Shown here piece after piece: positions 20,566 through 32,083 of a stretch of 64,000 nt of DNA (positions are counted from its first letter, which is position 1; each line of letters begins with the position of its first letter). The notes beneath the pieces were generated by a model. The model saw only the letters and a program-made list of their open reading frames with translations. It had not been told where the DNA came from and ran no database searches. A program made the position numbers and the translations under genes. The stretch is taken from the IMG/VR virus record IMGVR_UViG_3300037418_001469; one strand, 5' to 3'. Origin of the DNA: a virus.

Positions 20566-21569
20566 TACACAACACCCCTATTAACTTTGGTCGCTTGTAT
20601 GTCAACACTGTATTTAGCTAGACTTCCTTCTAATCTCTCGATATTATAATCAGAAATAGCAATTCTTCTTTTTATTCCCATATCATCTATCATATCAATA
20701 AATCCTTTTGTTTTGATTTCTTTTTCTAGAGAGTACAAGTCAAGCATCAATGTATTTCCATTTGTATATATAAGTTGATTTGTGTTGAATGTCGCAAATA
20801 TGAAGCTATTCCCATCATATGTAACATCTACTATCTGACTGTAATCAGGAAGCGCAAATGAATTACATATGAATCCACTATTCATGTCAATATGATAAAC
20901 ACCGCTTTCCGTATTGCCAACGAATGAAACCACTAAGTATCCATTAACTATTTCCATTCCCCTATATGCTAGATTAGCAGGGGATATATAAGGCAATGTA
21001 AGTGTTTTTAATATACTAAGACTAGTATTAGTGTTGTATATTGTAGTACCAGATACAATCCACATAGAGCCATTATTATATTTTATTCCTGTTATATCCA
21101 AGCCTCTACCTGGGTTGAATGTTGCTTTTGTAACAGTTCCAGTACCTCCTGCAACCTTCCAAACAATATCATCTGTAGATGATTGCACAACCCAAAGAGT
21201 TTCGTCTAACTCTACGTCAAATGCTACAAAATTCTCACCGTTTGGAGTTGCTGTTATTGTTATTGATTTAGATAATGATAGATTTGAATTATAGACATCA
21301 ACTTTTTTAGTAGTATTATTCAAAACATAATATTTTCCACTTACAAATTTTATCCCACTAAGATTAGGCATAGATACTTGAGATACAACTCTTGGTCTGT
21401 TTTGATAAAAAATTGACGATAAATTATATTCTTCTGTGGTAGTTGTTGGTTGTATGATTACTGTACCGTCTAATGTGACAACAGTATCTCCAACTAAGGA
21501 CACTTGCTCTCCATATGTGTTTGGATTAATTGTAAAAGTATAATTGCCAAGTTTCCATCTATCTGCCAT
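20565..21569 (-). CDS. distal tail-like protein with inserted beta-rich domain
   Basis: likely true start MADRWKLGNY at 21569 with AAAGGGTG RBS; the longer track ORF overlaps the TMP. Confidence 0.6.
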   Translation of the reverse strand: MADRWKLGNYTFTINPNTYGEQVSLVGDTVVTLDGTVIIQPTTTTEEYNLSSIFYQNRPRVVSQVSMPNLSGIKFVSGKYYVLNNTTKKVDVYNSNLSLSKSITITATPNGENFVAFDVELDETLWVVQSSTDDIVWKVAGGTGTVTKATFNPGRGLDITGIKYNNGSMWIVSGTTIYNTNTSLSILKTLTLPYISPANLAYRGMEIVNGYLVVSFVGNTESGVYHIDMNSGFICNSFALPDYSQIVDVTYDGNSFIFATFNTNQLIYTNGNTLMLDLYSLEKEIKTKGFIDMIDDMGIKRRIAISDYNIERLEGSLAKYSVDIQATKVNRGVV

Positions 21570-21618
21570 CTTTGTCACCCTTTCTAATTTTTCAACGTAT
21601 GGAGGAAACCCCCTACTA

Positions 21619-24600
21619 TTAGTAGGAAGTTCCTTTCCATGTGAGATTAGTAAACCTTTGGTCTCTTTTAACCCCTTCAATTGCTTTTTTAACTGCTGTC
21701 TCAACACTAGCTTGCAATGCCCCTGAATTTTGACCACCTTCAACATGAACAGTGATATTAAAATTAATATCTCCACCACTGCTATTGTTTGTTTGGCTAT
21801 TTCCACCAACTAGTGATGTTACCTGTTTATCTGTGAAAACTTTTTCACCTTGTCTAAGTACTGCATTTATTTCGTCAGGCTTAAGTCTGTTAGGACTAGA
21901 GAAGTTCATCATTCCTGCGATACCACCGTTATGATAAATATAACTCTTACCTACATAACCAGTTTTGCCTTTGTACTTGACATGTGCCCAACCGTCTTTA
22001 ACTCCTAAGTATTCTACTTTTGTACCTTTAGGTAGAACGCTTATTACATTGTTTCCTGTTTTGGCACTTGAACGGAAATTCAATGCTGTCTTAGTTGTTT
22101 TATAGGTTGTCTTCTTATCGTCCTTATTGTCATCTTTCTTGCCTTTATCATTAGAACTTGATTGAGTCTTGTGTATTTCTGCCCATGTCTTAGGACCAAC
22201 TATCCCATCTGCTGTCAATCCATGTTTCTTTTGGAACGCTTTTACAGCCGACTCTGTTTTAGGACCGAATATGCCATCTTGAGGAACTCCTACAGCTTTT
22301 TGGATTTCCTTAACATCTGCACCTGTGTCTCCTTTATTCACTGTTCCGTGTTTATGACCCGATGAACCACCTTTTGATGGAGCCTTTGGAGTATTAACCT
22401 TAGTGGAATCAGGTTTAGGTGTTGTGGTAGTACTACCTGTGCTAGGTGCTCCTGTGCCACCTGGAGCTGTACTACCTGGTGGTGAACCTGTTGCTCCTTT
22501 TCCTGATGTTCCACTAGGAGGACCACTAGGCTTATCTTTTTGAGGTGGGGTTGTAACTGTACCACCACCACTAGTAGGTGCGTCAGGTGAGCCTGCTCCA
22601 TTTTTACCAGTTGGGTCCCAATCTTTAACACCTTTACCCTTAGATACCTTGTATAACTCTTGGTCAATCTTGTATCCTTCAGGAGCATTAAATGTTTGGT
22701 CCTTCATGATATTGAACATGCCTTCAGTAGACGCTACTATTTCCTCGATTAATGGTAGGAATGGTGCTAGCATATTTTGTAGCTCTGTTCCAAAATCCTC
22801 GTTGTTGAACATATTAGCAATGTCGTCTGGATTTCCAGTAGTAGCCGCTTTTGTAACCTTAGAAATAAAACCATTAACTAAATCTAGAAGACCAGTATTG
22901 TTAAGTAGTGAACTAGCTAATGAAGAAGAAATTGCGCTAGCTATTGATTGTTTTACGCTATCAATAAATGCTTGTGCAGAATCCATATTACCTTGCATAC
23001 CACCTGATAATGCATTAGCAAACGCCTCTTGTATTCCTGATGATAGTGTATCGACCAATTGTATGGCGTTTTCTCTAGCCTCATTCTGAACATCACGAAG
23101 GTCATTCATCTTTTCCAAGTATTCATCTAGAGTCAAGGCTCCTGCTTTGAATGCTCCAACTACAGCAGAACGATACTCTTCTATTCCTGACATAAGTTGG
23201 TCTTGCAATCCTGCGATGATTTGAAGAGTGGCTAGTTCTTCATTAGCATCCATCTTACCACCATCTGCGACTTTCTTGGAAGATGCAGATTTAACACCAA
23301 CCTTATCTTTAACTATGCCTTTTTGAATCTCTTCTGACTTTTCCTTAGACAGATTACTTTCAGTAGTAACGGTATACTTTTTAGTTTTTTTATCATAAAT
23401 CAATGATGCTTCGACACCGTACTTATCATGTAATTTATCTTTAATCTTTTCAGCGTCTTTCTGTGAATAGCTACCACCTATTTGAGTCCTATAAGTATCG
23501 CCCATTTCACCGCTGTTGAGCTTAGATTTTGCAATACTAAGATTGTCTTTTGCTCGTTTTCTGTCTGAACTTGTTGTGTAAGCCTTTTGTTGGATATATC
23601 CATCAAGACCTTTTCCTGTCAATTCAAACATAGACTGAGCGTTTGCTAATCTTTTCTCCTCTAAGGCTCTTAGTTCCTCTTGAACTGCTACTGCCTCTTC
23701 AAGAACTGTATACCAAGCCTTAGTTCCCTCTGCAAAATCATTTAACACACCATTAATTTGAGACATTTTTTGGAACAAGATATTAATATCTTCTTGGTCT
23801 GCTGAACGCTTAGCAGATATATATCCACCTGTTCCTACTCCTGAATTTTGCCATACTTGACCAAGAATATTAGCCTTATTACGCTTAGTCATATAAGTGC
23901 TATTCATCTCGTTGAGTTCATTAGCAACACGCATATATTCAGGTGAGCCTGCTTCGCCTGATAAGCTTCTTAACTTGTCATATCCGCCTCTGATGTAGTT
24001 AATACCATTAACACTGTTTATTCTAGGGTCTGCGAGTTGCTTTGTATTTAGTTCTTTATCCCACTCACCCAATTTCTTGTTAGTCTCAGTGAGTGTCTCA
24101 ACCAACTTGTCGATAGCTTTTACAGCATTACTATACTCTTTGTATTCATCTTTGTTACCTGCCTTCAAAGCCTTGTTAGCTAATTCTACATTACTTTTAC
24201 GAGCAGTTCCTAGTTGCTTTAATTGTTCTACAGTTTCATATCTTTTTTGGTAGACAGTCTCTCTCTCCTGTATAACCCTATCTGCAACTGCTGTTCTACC
24301 TGATGTACCTAGTGGGTCTCTGATATTTCCTGCACCATAAGTCATGTTGGCATCTTTGTAGTATGCATCTTTTAGAAATTGTGGATTTTTTAAATCTGCC
24401 TCCGCTTGCATAGATTCAATGAAACTTCCTATCATAGCTTTCACTATGTCAAGATGGCTAGCTTCACCCTTAGTTATGCTAGTAGTTCCGTTAGCAGTTA
24501 TATTTTCATATACACCATCATATCTTTTTGCTCCAACATAATCTTTATGAGCATTTACACTAGTCAACTTAAGTGGCTGTCCACTTGAAGTCATGTTGTA

Positions 24601-27600
24601 CATCTTGCCATCTCCTGCATACATACCAACATGAGTTACTTTTCCGCCACTACCGAAATATATTAAATCTCCTTCTTTTAGTTCGGATTTGCTAACCTTC
24701 TTACCTTTATTGTCATTCCACATCATGTTTGATGAGCCTGTTCCTAGTTCGTATTTTCCAAATTCTCTAAAGAAATGTTGTACGAAACCTGAACAATCAG
24801 CCTTAGCTTTCTTTATAAAACTATCCCAGTCACCTGAGTCGTGACCACCACCCCACACATAAGTCAAACCTCCTTGAGATGGAGATTTTCCAACCATTCC
24901 TGCTAACATAGATAGAGGATTTCCAGAACTTGATTTAGATGATGTTGATGATGTGCTTGATAGTCCTAGTGAACTCCAAGTTTTATTTCCAACTATTCCA
25001 TCGGCATCTAAACCATGACTCTTTTGATATTTCTTTACAGCTTTCTCTGTTCCTGAGCCGAATATTCCATCAGCAGAAATACCAAGTGCTTTTTGCAATG
25101 CTTTAACATCGTCGCCTTTTGAACCTCTTCTGACAGTGCCACGACTACTGCTTACTGCTGTACTACCTCCTTTACCTGAGCCTGCATTAATTGATTGACC
25201 ACCAAGTAAGGCATCTTGAGAAATACCTGTCATACCTGAATAATATTTAGATACTCCACTTTGCCAGTAGTTGTTTAGACCATTAGGGTCATTATCTGCA
25301 CCAGATGGTGCATACTTCCTTTGAATTTCAGGAATAGTATTCAATCCTTGGTCAAAGTATAGTCTTTTCAATAAACTAGCTAATGCCTCTATCCCTTCAT
25401 CTAGAGATGCGAAGTTTTTAAGACCATTACTACCCATGATTCCGCCAACATTATTTCTATCTCTTACTGCCTTAGAGGTACCATTTCCAGTTTCATGCAT
25501 AGCAATTGCGGCTAGCAATCTAGGGTCAATGCCATATTGTGCTCCATATTTAGTAAAGGTATTTCCGTATCCTGCTAGCTTACCTCCTAGTTTACCATCA
25601 ATAGTCTTAGAATATTCAGAAACAGATGCATTGTTAGATGTTTCAGTAAGACCATTATTTACAGTAGTCTCTAATTCTTTACTAGACATTGACATTACTA
25701 GTTGCTTTCTAGCATTCACATATCCTGCTGTTCCTTTTTTGTAACCCATCTGTTCTAGATATGCATCTATCTTTTTATCCATTGGAGAGTCTTTAGTAAC
25801 ACCACTGCCATTATATGAAGGTATTTTCATAGCGTTGTTAAATGCCTCAGTTTGACCTGAGATAGAATCAGGATTTGATGCGGATTCCATAGCGAATTGT
25901 GCCCAATTTCCTAATACAGTATTTAGAGAGTCTGCACCTTTTAGAATCTTATCTCCTGCCTCAGTGAAATCATTCTTGATTAAGTCTTTAAGTGGACTAA
26001 TAAAGGCTTTGTCAAACTCAGTTCCCATTGTCTTATTGATTTCGTTATAAGCCTCATTTAACTTATCTGCATCATCACCATATGTATTTAATGCTGACAT
26101 TAATTGCTCGTAGTTATCTAAACCTCTATCACGAATTGACTCTAGTTTGCTTTGTCTGATTTCGTTTACACCTTGACCAGTAACAGCACTTCTCACTTGA
26201 GATAGTGAATCAACCATTGCCATGTCATTCTTCATATTGAATATTTCTTTATTAGCATCCTTAACTAGCTGAGTTCTATTTTGAACTCTTTCCCATACAT
26301 CAGCATACTTATCAGAATTTAACACCATTTCTTTTAGTTGTTGTGCTTGCTCGTATACATCTACTGTAGTTGATGATACGCTATCTTGAATTGATGTTTG
26401 TTTTTCCAAAAGTTCTTTATATGCAGATTGTTGTGCAGTTAATCCTTCTTCACCTGGATTATACAGATAGTTTAACGAGAAGTCTTGACCTGGGTTTTGT
26501 GATGCTATGCTATTCATTTTACTAGTAACAGAGCTAAGCTCTGCTCTATATCCCTTTAGCAATTCGGATGATACTTTAATCATGCTACTTTGAGCACCGA
26601 TTTGTTCTTTTGAATTAGGTTCAGCCATTTGTACCATAGCTCTACCTGTACCAACAGCACTATTTATCTTAGATATCTGAGCCTCCATAATTCCAATGCC
26701 ACTAGATGCCACTAATAGTTGTGCAGTATATTGTTTAATTGCATATTCTTGCTGTCTGTATGCCTGCTCTTGTTGTAAGCTAATATCAGTAAGACTATCC
26801 AACGCATCAGTACCACCTGCTAGCTTCATAACAAATTCAGCTATGCCCTTTAATATATATGCCTCATTCATCTTTGTTTGAACTTGTTCGTCAGTTAATC
26901 CTAAACCGTCACCTTTTTCTCCTTTTTTAGGTTTTGGTTTCTTCCATCTTTCGATATCTGCATCAGAAGGTGCTTGATAATTATCTAAAAATTCATCTGT
27001 CTTGCCTGATTCTTTAGCTTTCAAGTATTCTAGGTTAACTTCATCAATTTGCTTTTGAGTAATGCCATTTTTCATTGCTGTGTCTATGTATTTCGACATG
27101 TCATTCTTAATTGAACCAACATTAGCCTCAACTGCATTTTTTCTATCTAGCATTTTTGCTCTTTCGTCAGAAATTCCACCTAGACTTTGTTGAGTTGCAT
27201 TAATTTTTTCTTTTAGAGAGGCAATTGAATCAACACCGAAGAATTTAGCATCAATATTTTCAATATTAAATCCTAGGAGTTTCATAGCTCTACCAATCTC
27301 TTTTGTAATTTCTTGTGTCTTAAGTAGTTCGTCGTTATACTCTAAGACATAGTTAAGATTGGTCTCCCATTGGTTTTTAATTTCTAATGATTCATCCCTA
27401 AAACCATTTTCTCTATATGCATTAAATTTATCCATTTGCTCTTTGTCGCCTAGCTTTGCTGTGTATTCCTTCTTGGACATTTTTCCATCTTTACCAAGAA
27501 GATGATACTTTACAAAGTCTTCTTTGTCTTCGCCACTGCCTTTTGAATAAAATTTTAATCCATACTCGTCTTGGAATTTTTTTCTACCTTCGGAAATTCT

Positions 27601-30600
27601 TTTGTTCCTTTCAATAGCCTTAGTGCTCATATCAGTTCCCATAATTGACGCATTTTTGCTTTCTTTCATGAACTGAATGTTGTCTAGTATAAAATGGTCA
27701 ATCTCAGTGTTCTTCTTTTTAGATATTTCTTTATCGCCTAACATAGCCTTGGAATTTTCTTGAAGATTTTTGTTTTGTGTTTTGTAATCTGAGTCAGCTT
27801 TCTTTTTTGCATTATCAATTACTTTATTAACAACCCACCAAGCAGTTGCTAATGCACTACCTATAACAAATAATCTTGACAGTATCAACCCAAAACGATA
27901 AAAAGAAGGACCCATTTTCTTGAACCATTCACCAAACGCTTTTAAAGCACCGCCACTTCTTTCAGCTACTCCTGCTCCTGCTCTCCTCATGCCACCATTT
28001 CTAAATGATGCTATCATTAAAGCATCACCAATAAAATTACCTACACTACCAATAGCCTTTCTTCCGCCACTAGCTACACTTCTACTAGCATTTGATATAT
28101 TTCCACGAATAATGGTTCCTCTGCTAGGCATAGGACCGTCTTCGAGTTCTCTGAGACCTTGTTGCATAGCTATACGATTGCTTCTAAATATTCCTTGAGC
28201 ACCATATCTTCCATAGAAAGTACTTACATCTCTAGAACCAACTGGCATAACTCTTGGGTGAGGTGTTCCGCCTAATATAGGCATGCTACCTAAAATATTT
28301 GTAGCCATGATAGCATTGTTAGGGTTCATAACTCTTGGGTGAGGTGTTCCTCCTAATACAGGAATACTATTTACTTTTCTACTATTAGTAGTTCCTACAG
28401 GAATCATTGGTAGCATATTACTAGCAATAATAGCACCATTTTGAGCAACCGTAGTTGCAACTTTAGGAGCAACTCTAGATGTAGATATTGGAATTGGAGC
28501 ACCTGATATTACTGTGCCTCCAACTGTGCCTGCAATCTGTTTGAATCCTGCTCTACGACCAGTTTTGCTTTGCAACCAATCTCCTATTGCTGAGCCTACT
28601 CCTGGAGTTAGTTTGTTGACTACAGTAGTTAAACCTTTAAATGCAAGCATTAATCCTGCTAGTTCCATAGCCATTTTAGGTAGGTTTGCAAAGATAGGCA
28701 AATTATCACTGAACACATCACTTAGTTTTTGCACAACACCTAGGACTCCGTTGATAGAACTAACGAATAGAGTTAATCCTTTCACAACTAAACCTATAGC
28801 ATCCATAAGTCCAAGTCTTGCTAATTGCTGAACCAATTCTTTAACTTGTTCACCAAGTTCCATAAAGTTTCTCTTTAGTGTATTTGAAAAAGTATCCCAA
28901 GATTTTTCTAATGCATTTGGGGTATCTTTATTTGCTTTATCAAACTGATTAACATAATCTGACGATATAGCTTCTAAAAACTTTGTCATTTTTGGTGTCA
29001 TAGCAGAAGACTTACCAGTAAGACCTGCCAATCCTTCTGCAACTTCGGCTTGGTCTTTTTGTAGAAGAGTTGGAAACTTAGCCATCACAGCATCAGCTAA
29101 TTTCTTAGGTGTGTTATATTCTTCTTTGCTTGGGTCAATATCCATTTTATCAAGTGCATTTTTAACTGTTGGATTGTTTGGTTTTGCTAAAGAACCAAAA
29201 AACAATTTACCAATCTGAGTCATATTAGCACCAGTAGCATCAACATCACTAAGATTATATGAACCTAACATACCTGCTACTAGTTTAGGGTCAATACCTT
29301 TCTTAATAGTATCAGGCGCTAGCTCTGACATGGCATCAGCAACAGCATTTGTGTTTACACCCTTACCCTTCATTATAGCCATATAATCTAATAATCTATC
29401 AATTTTACCCATATGGCTTGTTTCGCCTTGTGTATACATGGCTTGATATAGGGACATAACATCTTGAGAAATAGCACTTACTTCTTCTGCTGATGCATTG
29501 CCACCTGTTGAAACTGCCGAATATTGTATGATTTTATCGACCATTTGTTTTTGCATCTTAGGGTCAATTTTACCGTCTTTACCTTTAATTAGGTTAGTTC
29601 TCGCCAAAACTTGAGATTCAACAGGTAATACTGTTGACATAGTGCTAACTCCATATTTCTGACCAACATCAAATGCATTCTCTTGGATGGCTGTTCTTAT
29701 CTCATTTGAGCCTCTACCAAAAGACTTATAGGTGTTACTTACCGCACCAGTATTGAGATTTTGAGTAATCATCCCTACCTGAGCAAGTTGAGCATCAAAG
29801 TTAATCATATCTTGAATAGATTGAGCGATAGCTTGTGACATCATACGGAAACCACTAGTAAACAATGTGTAAACTCCAATATTTCGTAGCATGTTTCCTG
29901 CTAATGCTTTAAAACTTCTATCTCCACGCTCTACTTTATCTCCAAGGCTAGTATATTCATATGTCAATGTTCTAACAGAGCGAATATGTCCTTCGTCATC
30001 ACGATAATTAATTGCGTATGCTCTTTGGAAATTCTGTTTGTTTGCCTTAGCTTCAGCTTGATTTCTTGGATGAATCTGTTTATTTAGGATTTCTAGACTA
30101 TCAGATAGGCTAACATTTGGATTCCTTAATTGCGCTTCTAAGTCAATACCTCTGTATTCCTTACTGCCTCCGTAACGAATAATACCCTGATTATAGTCTG
30201 ATGACCTTTGTTGTCTTGCTGTTAGTCCATTATTTCCTGAATTAACATTAGCACTGAGTGATTGTCGTGCTTGCTGTTCTGCATTTTGTCTAGCTAATTC
30301 TCTTGCAGGGTGAAATTTAGGAAGACTACTAGCTTTACCCATAGGCATATTATTTAATTTTTCTTGTAACTTTATCGCCTGTTCAATCTGCCTAGTAAGT
30401 TGAGAGACAGGATGATTTCTAGACAAGTTACTAGCTTTACCAGTAGGAATACTGCTTAGTTTTTCTCCAAGATTTTTAGCCTGTTCCATTTGCTTGACAA
30501 GCTGAGAAACTGGATGGTTAGGATTCAGCTTTGTAGCTTTGCCTACAGGAGTACTATCTAATTTCTCCTGCATTTTTCTAGCCTGTTCCATTTGAGATAA

Positions 30601-31998
30601 TAGTTGAGATACATGGTGATTTTTAGGTAAGTTGCTTACTTTACCAGTAGGAACAGAACTTAGTTTTTCTTGTAGTTTTATAGCTTGTTGCATTTGGTTT
30701 ATAAGTTGTGTAACAGGGTGATTTGCATTCAGCTTAGTTGCTTTACCCATAGCTGTATTACTCATCTGTTCATTTAATTTTTGAACTTGCTTAGCTTGAG
30801 CAACTCTTTCATCCATAGCCCTTTTTGCGCTAGCTTTAGAGATTCCTTGTTTAGCATCGAAATTAGGGTCATAGTATGATGAGGTTCTCTTTCCCATATC
30901 AGCTAGATGAGAATGCAATCTCTCCATATCTCTTTTTTGCTGTTCAGCTTCACGCATTTGTTTTTCATAATTAGCTTTAGTAATTTGCTGTGAAACCTTT
31001 TGTTGACCAGTGGGATTATTTGCAATTCTAGTTAATGACCTTTGGATTTGAGGAGTCATGAAGCTTTCTTGACTCATTTTTTGTCTAGCTATTTCTGTAG
31101 CTTGCATAGCTCTTTTTAATTGACGAGCAAGAGTTTCCTGTTCTTTAATCTCTTTCATTAATTGTTGCTTGTAATCATTAGCACCAACTTTGAACTTAGA
31201 ACCATCCTCTTTGTAGCCATACATATCGCCACTTTTTGTTTTACTCTTTTTTGCTCTCTCTAATTCAGACCTTAGTCTACTTAATTCTGTCTCACCTTTA
31301 ATTTGTTCTTTAAGATTCTTAGCCCTCTGTTGGTATTGTTGGAAAGAATCAAAGTAGTCCCTTTTAGCCTCTTGTATAGATGTTTGCCTGCTTCTGTTGT
31401 TTTGCTGTTGAGAACCGCCATTAGCAGTTTGTGAGTTTCTTTGCTCTCCAAACCTTCTCATTCCTCTTGTGTGGTCTTGTACTGCACTAACACTAGCTTT
31501 TACCTCAGCCTTAATAGACTCAATTTGAGTCTTAACTGCTTTAATATCAGCCTCATTGAGCTTTAAGCCTACTGTCATTGTTGCTTTAGTACCGCCAACC
31601 TCTTTTTGTACTTTTGCTTTTTCTCCTGCACCGACATTGAGGGAGGTATTAATACTAACTGTCTTCTTGTCATTAGATATACTATTTAGTTCATTTTTAA
31701 GCGCACTAATACGACTCTGTAGTTTTCTAATACTAGATTCGTCTACAGAAACAGGAATTTTAATATGTGGGGCTTGGCTTTTGTTGTACCCATCTATTGT
31801 TCTTTTTACTTCACCTTGTAGTTTAGTAATATCAGCATTTACTGATAATGGAACTCTAATTCCATTGTTCTTATTATTGTCAAAGTGTTGCTTAATTTGT
31901 TTGTCTACTTCTTTTACCTGTGTCAATAGTTTATTTATTGAACCTGTATTTAACTGCAATTCCGTTTTTATAATATACTTAAAATTATCTTGAGCCAT
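21619..31998 (-). CDS. tape measure protein with glucosaminidase/lysozyme-like, 2x PG-binding, NlpC/P60, SPOR-like and SH3b domains
   Basis: 3459 aa, helical; YGIDPRLLAAIAMHETG; DCSGFV..HVGMY; two DGIFG..T..AVK.(Y/F)QK.HGL.ADGIVG..TW; LNFRS..GWAHV..GYV. Confidence 0.9.
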   Translation of the reverse strand: MAQDNFKYIIKTELQLNTGSINKLLTQVKEVDKQIKQHFDNNKNNGIRVPLSVNADITKLQGEVKRTIDGYNKSQAPHIKIPVSVDESSIRKLQSRISALKNELNSISNDKKTVSINTSLNVGAGEKAKVQKEVGGTKATMTVGLKLNEADIKAVKTQIESIKAEVKASVSAVQDHTRGMRRFGEQRNSQTANGGSQQQNNRSRQTSIQEAKRDYFDSFQQYQQRAKNLKEQIKGETELSRLRSELERAKKSKTKSGDMYGYKEDGSKFKVGANDYKQQLMKEIKEQETLARQLKRAMQATEIARQKMSQESFMTPQIQRSLTRIANNPTGQQKVSQQITKANYEKQMREAEQQKRDMERLHSHLADMGKRTSSYYDPNFDAKQGISKASAKRAMDERVAQAKQVQKLNEQMSNTAMGKATKLNANHPVTQLINQMQQAIKLQEKLSSVPTGKVSNLPKNHHVSQLLSQMEQARKMQEKLDSTPVGKATKLNPNHPVSQLVKQMEQAKNLGEKLSSIPTGKASNLSRNHPVSQLTRQIEQAIKLQEKLNNMPMGKASSLPKFHPARELARQNAEQQARQSLSANVNSGNNGLTARQQRSSDYNQGIIRYGGSKEYRGIDLEAQLRNPNVSLSDSLEILNKQIHPRNQAEAKANKQNFQRAYAINYRDDEGHIRSVRTLTYEYTSLGDKVERGDRSFKALAGNMLRNIGVYTLFTSGFRMMSQAIAQSIQDMINFDAQLAQVGMITQNLNTGAVSNTYKSFGRGSNEIRTAIQENAFDVGQKYGVSTMSTVLPVESQVLARTNLIKGKDGKIDPKMQKQMVDKIIQYSAVSTGGNASAEEVSAISQDVMSLYQAMYTQGETSHMGKIDRLLDYMAIMKGKGVNTNAVADAMSELAPDTIKKGIDPKLVAGMLGSYNLSDVDATGANMTQIGKLFFGSLAKPNNPTVKNALDKMDIDPSKEEYNTPKKLADAVMAKFPTLLQKDQAEVAEGLAGLTGKSSAMTPKMTKFLEAISSDYVNQFDKANKDTPNALEKSWDTFSNTLKRNFMELGEQVKELVQQLARLGLMDAIGLVVKGLTLFVSSINGVLGVVQKLSDVFSDNLPIFANLPKMAMELAGLMLAFKGLTTVVNKLTPGVGSAIGDWLQSKTGRRAGFKQIAGTVGGTVISGAPIPISTSRVAPKVATTVAQNGAIIASNMLPMIPVGTTNSRKVNSIPVLGGTPHPRVMNPNNAIMATNILGSMPILGGTPHPRVMPVGSRDVSTFYGRYGAQGIFRSNRIAMQQGLRELEDGPMPSRGTIIRGNISNASRSVASGGRKAIGSVGNFIGDALMIASFRNGGMRRAGAGVAERSGGALKAFGEWFKKMGPSFYRFGLILSRLFVIGSALATAWWVVNKVIDNAKKKADSDYKTQNKNLQENSKAMLGDKEISKKKNTEIDHFILDNIQFMKESKNASIMGTDMSTKAIERNKRISEGRKKFQDEYGLKFYSKGSGEDKEDFVKYHLLGKDGKMSKKEYTAKLGDKEQMDKFNAYRENGFRDESLEIKNQWETNLNYVLEYNDELLKTQEITKEIGRAMKLLGFNIENIDAKFFGVDSIASLKEKINATQQSLGGISDERAKMLDRKNAVEANVGSIKNDMSKYIDTAMKNGITQKQIDEVNLEYLKAKESGKTDEFLDNYQAPSDADIERWKKPKPKKGEKGDGLGLTDEQVQTKMNEAYILKGIAEFVMKLAGGTDALDSLTDISLQQEQAYRQQEYAIKQYTAQLLVASSGIGIMEAQISKINSAVGTGRAMVQMAEPNSKEQIGAQSSMIKVSSELLKGYRAELSSVTSKMNSIASQNPGQDFSLNYLYNPGEEGLTAQQSAYKELLEKQTSIQDSVSSTTVDVYEQAQQLKEMVLNSDKYADVWERVQNRTQLVKDANKEIFNMKNDMAMVDSLSQVRSAVTGQGVNEIRQSKLESIRDRGLDNYEQLMSALNTYGDDADKLNEAYNEINKTMGTEFDKAFISPLKDLIKNDFTEAGDKILKGADSLNTVLGNWAQFAMESASNPDSISGQTEAFNNAMKIPSYNGSGVTKDSPMDKKIDAYLEQMGYKKGTAGYVNARKQLVMSMSSKELETTVNNGLTETSNNASVSEYSKTIDGKLGGKLAGYGNTFTKYGAQYGIDPRLLAAIAMHETGNGTSKAVRDRNNVGGIMGSNGLKNFASLDEGIEALASLLKRLYFDQGLNTIPEIQRKYAPSGADNDPNGLNNYWQSGVSKYYSGMTGISQDALLGGQSINAGSGKGGSTAVSSSRGTVRRGSKGDDVKALQKALGISADGIFGSGTEKAVKKYQKSHGLDADGIVGNKTWSSLGLSSTSSTSSKSSSGNPLSMLAGMVGKSPSQGGLTYVWGGGHDSGDWDSFIKKAKADCSGFVQHFFREFGKYELGTGSSNMMWNDNKGKKVSKSELKEGDLIYFGSGGKVTHVGMYAGDGKMYNMTSSGQPLKLTSVNAHKDYVGAKRYDGVYENITANGTTSITKGEASHLDIVKAMIGSFIESMQAEADLKNPQFLKDAYYKDANMTYGAGNIRDPLGTSGRTAVADRVIQERETVYQKRYETVEQLKQLGTARKSNVELANKALKAGNKDEYKEYSNAVKAIDKLVETLTETNKKLGEWDKELNTKQLADPRINSVNGINYIRGGYDKLRSLSGEAGSPEYMRVANELNEMNSTYMTKRNKANILGQVWQNSGVGTGGYISAKRSADQEDINILFQKMSQINGVLNDFAEGTKAWYTVLEEAVAVQEELRALEEKRLANAQSMFELTGKGLDGYIQQKAYTTSSDRKRAKDNLSIAKSKLNSGEMGDTYRTQIGGSYSQKDAEKIKDKLHDKYGVEASLIYDKKTKKYTVTTESNLSKEKSEEIQKGIVKDKVGVKSASSKKVADGGKMDANEELATLQIIAGLQDQLMSGIEEYRSAVVGAFKAGALTLDEYLEKMNDLRDVQNEARENAIQLVDTLSSGIQEAFANALSGGMQGNMDSAQAFIDSVKQSIASAISSSLASSLLNNTGLLDLVNGFISKVTKAATTGNPDDIANMFNNEDFGTELQNMLAPFLPLIEEIVASTEGMFNIMKDQTFNAPEGYKIDQELYKVSKGKGVKDWDPTGKNGAGSPDAPTSGGGTVTTPPQKDKPSGPPSGTSGKGATGSPPGSTAPGGTGAPSTGSTTTTPKPDSTKVNTPKAPSKGGSSGHKHGTVNKGDTGADVKEIQKAVGVPQDGIFGPKTESAVKAFQKKHGLTADGIVGPKTWAEIHKTQSSSNDKGKKDDNKDDKKTTYKTTKTALNFRSSAKTGNNVISVLPKGTKVEYLGVKDGWAHVKYKGKTGYVGKSYIYHNGGIAGMMNFSSPNRLKPDEINAVLRQGEKVFTDKQVTSLVGGNSQTNNSSGGDINFNITVHVEGGQNSGALQASVETAVKKAIEGVKRDQRFTNLTWKGTSY
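30290..30750 (-). repeat. five 102-bp/34-aa repeats in TMP N-terminal region
   Basis: GK(A/V)(T/S)xLxxNHxVSQLxxQ(M/I)EQAxKxQEKL recurring at a 102-bp period. Confidence 0.85.
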
Positions 31999-32083
31999 TA
32001 GTATACCTCCTCATAAAATATACGTTCTTAAAGGAATAGGGGGATAGTTATATAAACCAACCCCCTAGCTAATCCCCTTACTA

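Noticed and set aside
21570-21809. N-terminal extension of the 414-aa ORF in the track
   Set aside because: Overlaps the TMP 3' end; a better RBS and paralog-matching start exist at 21569
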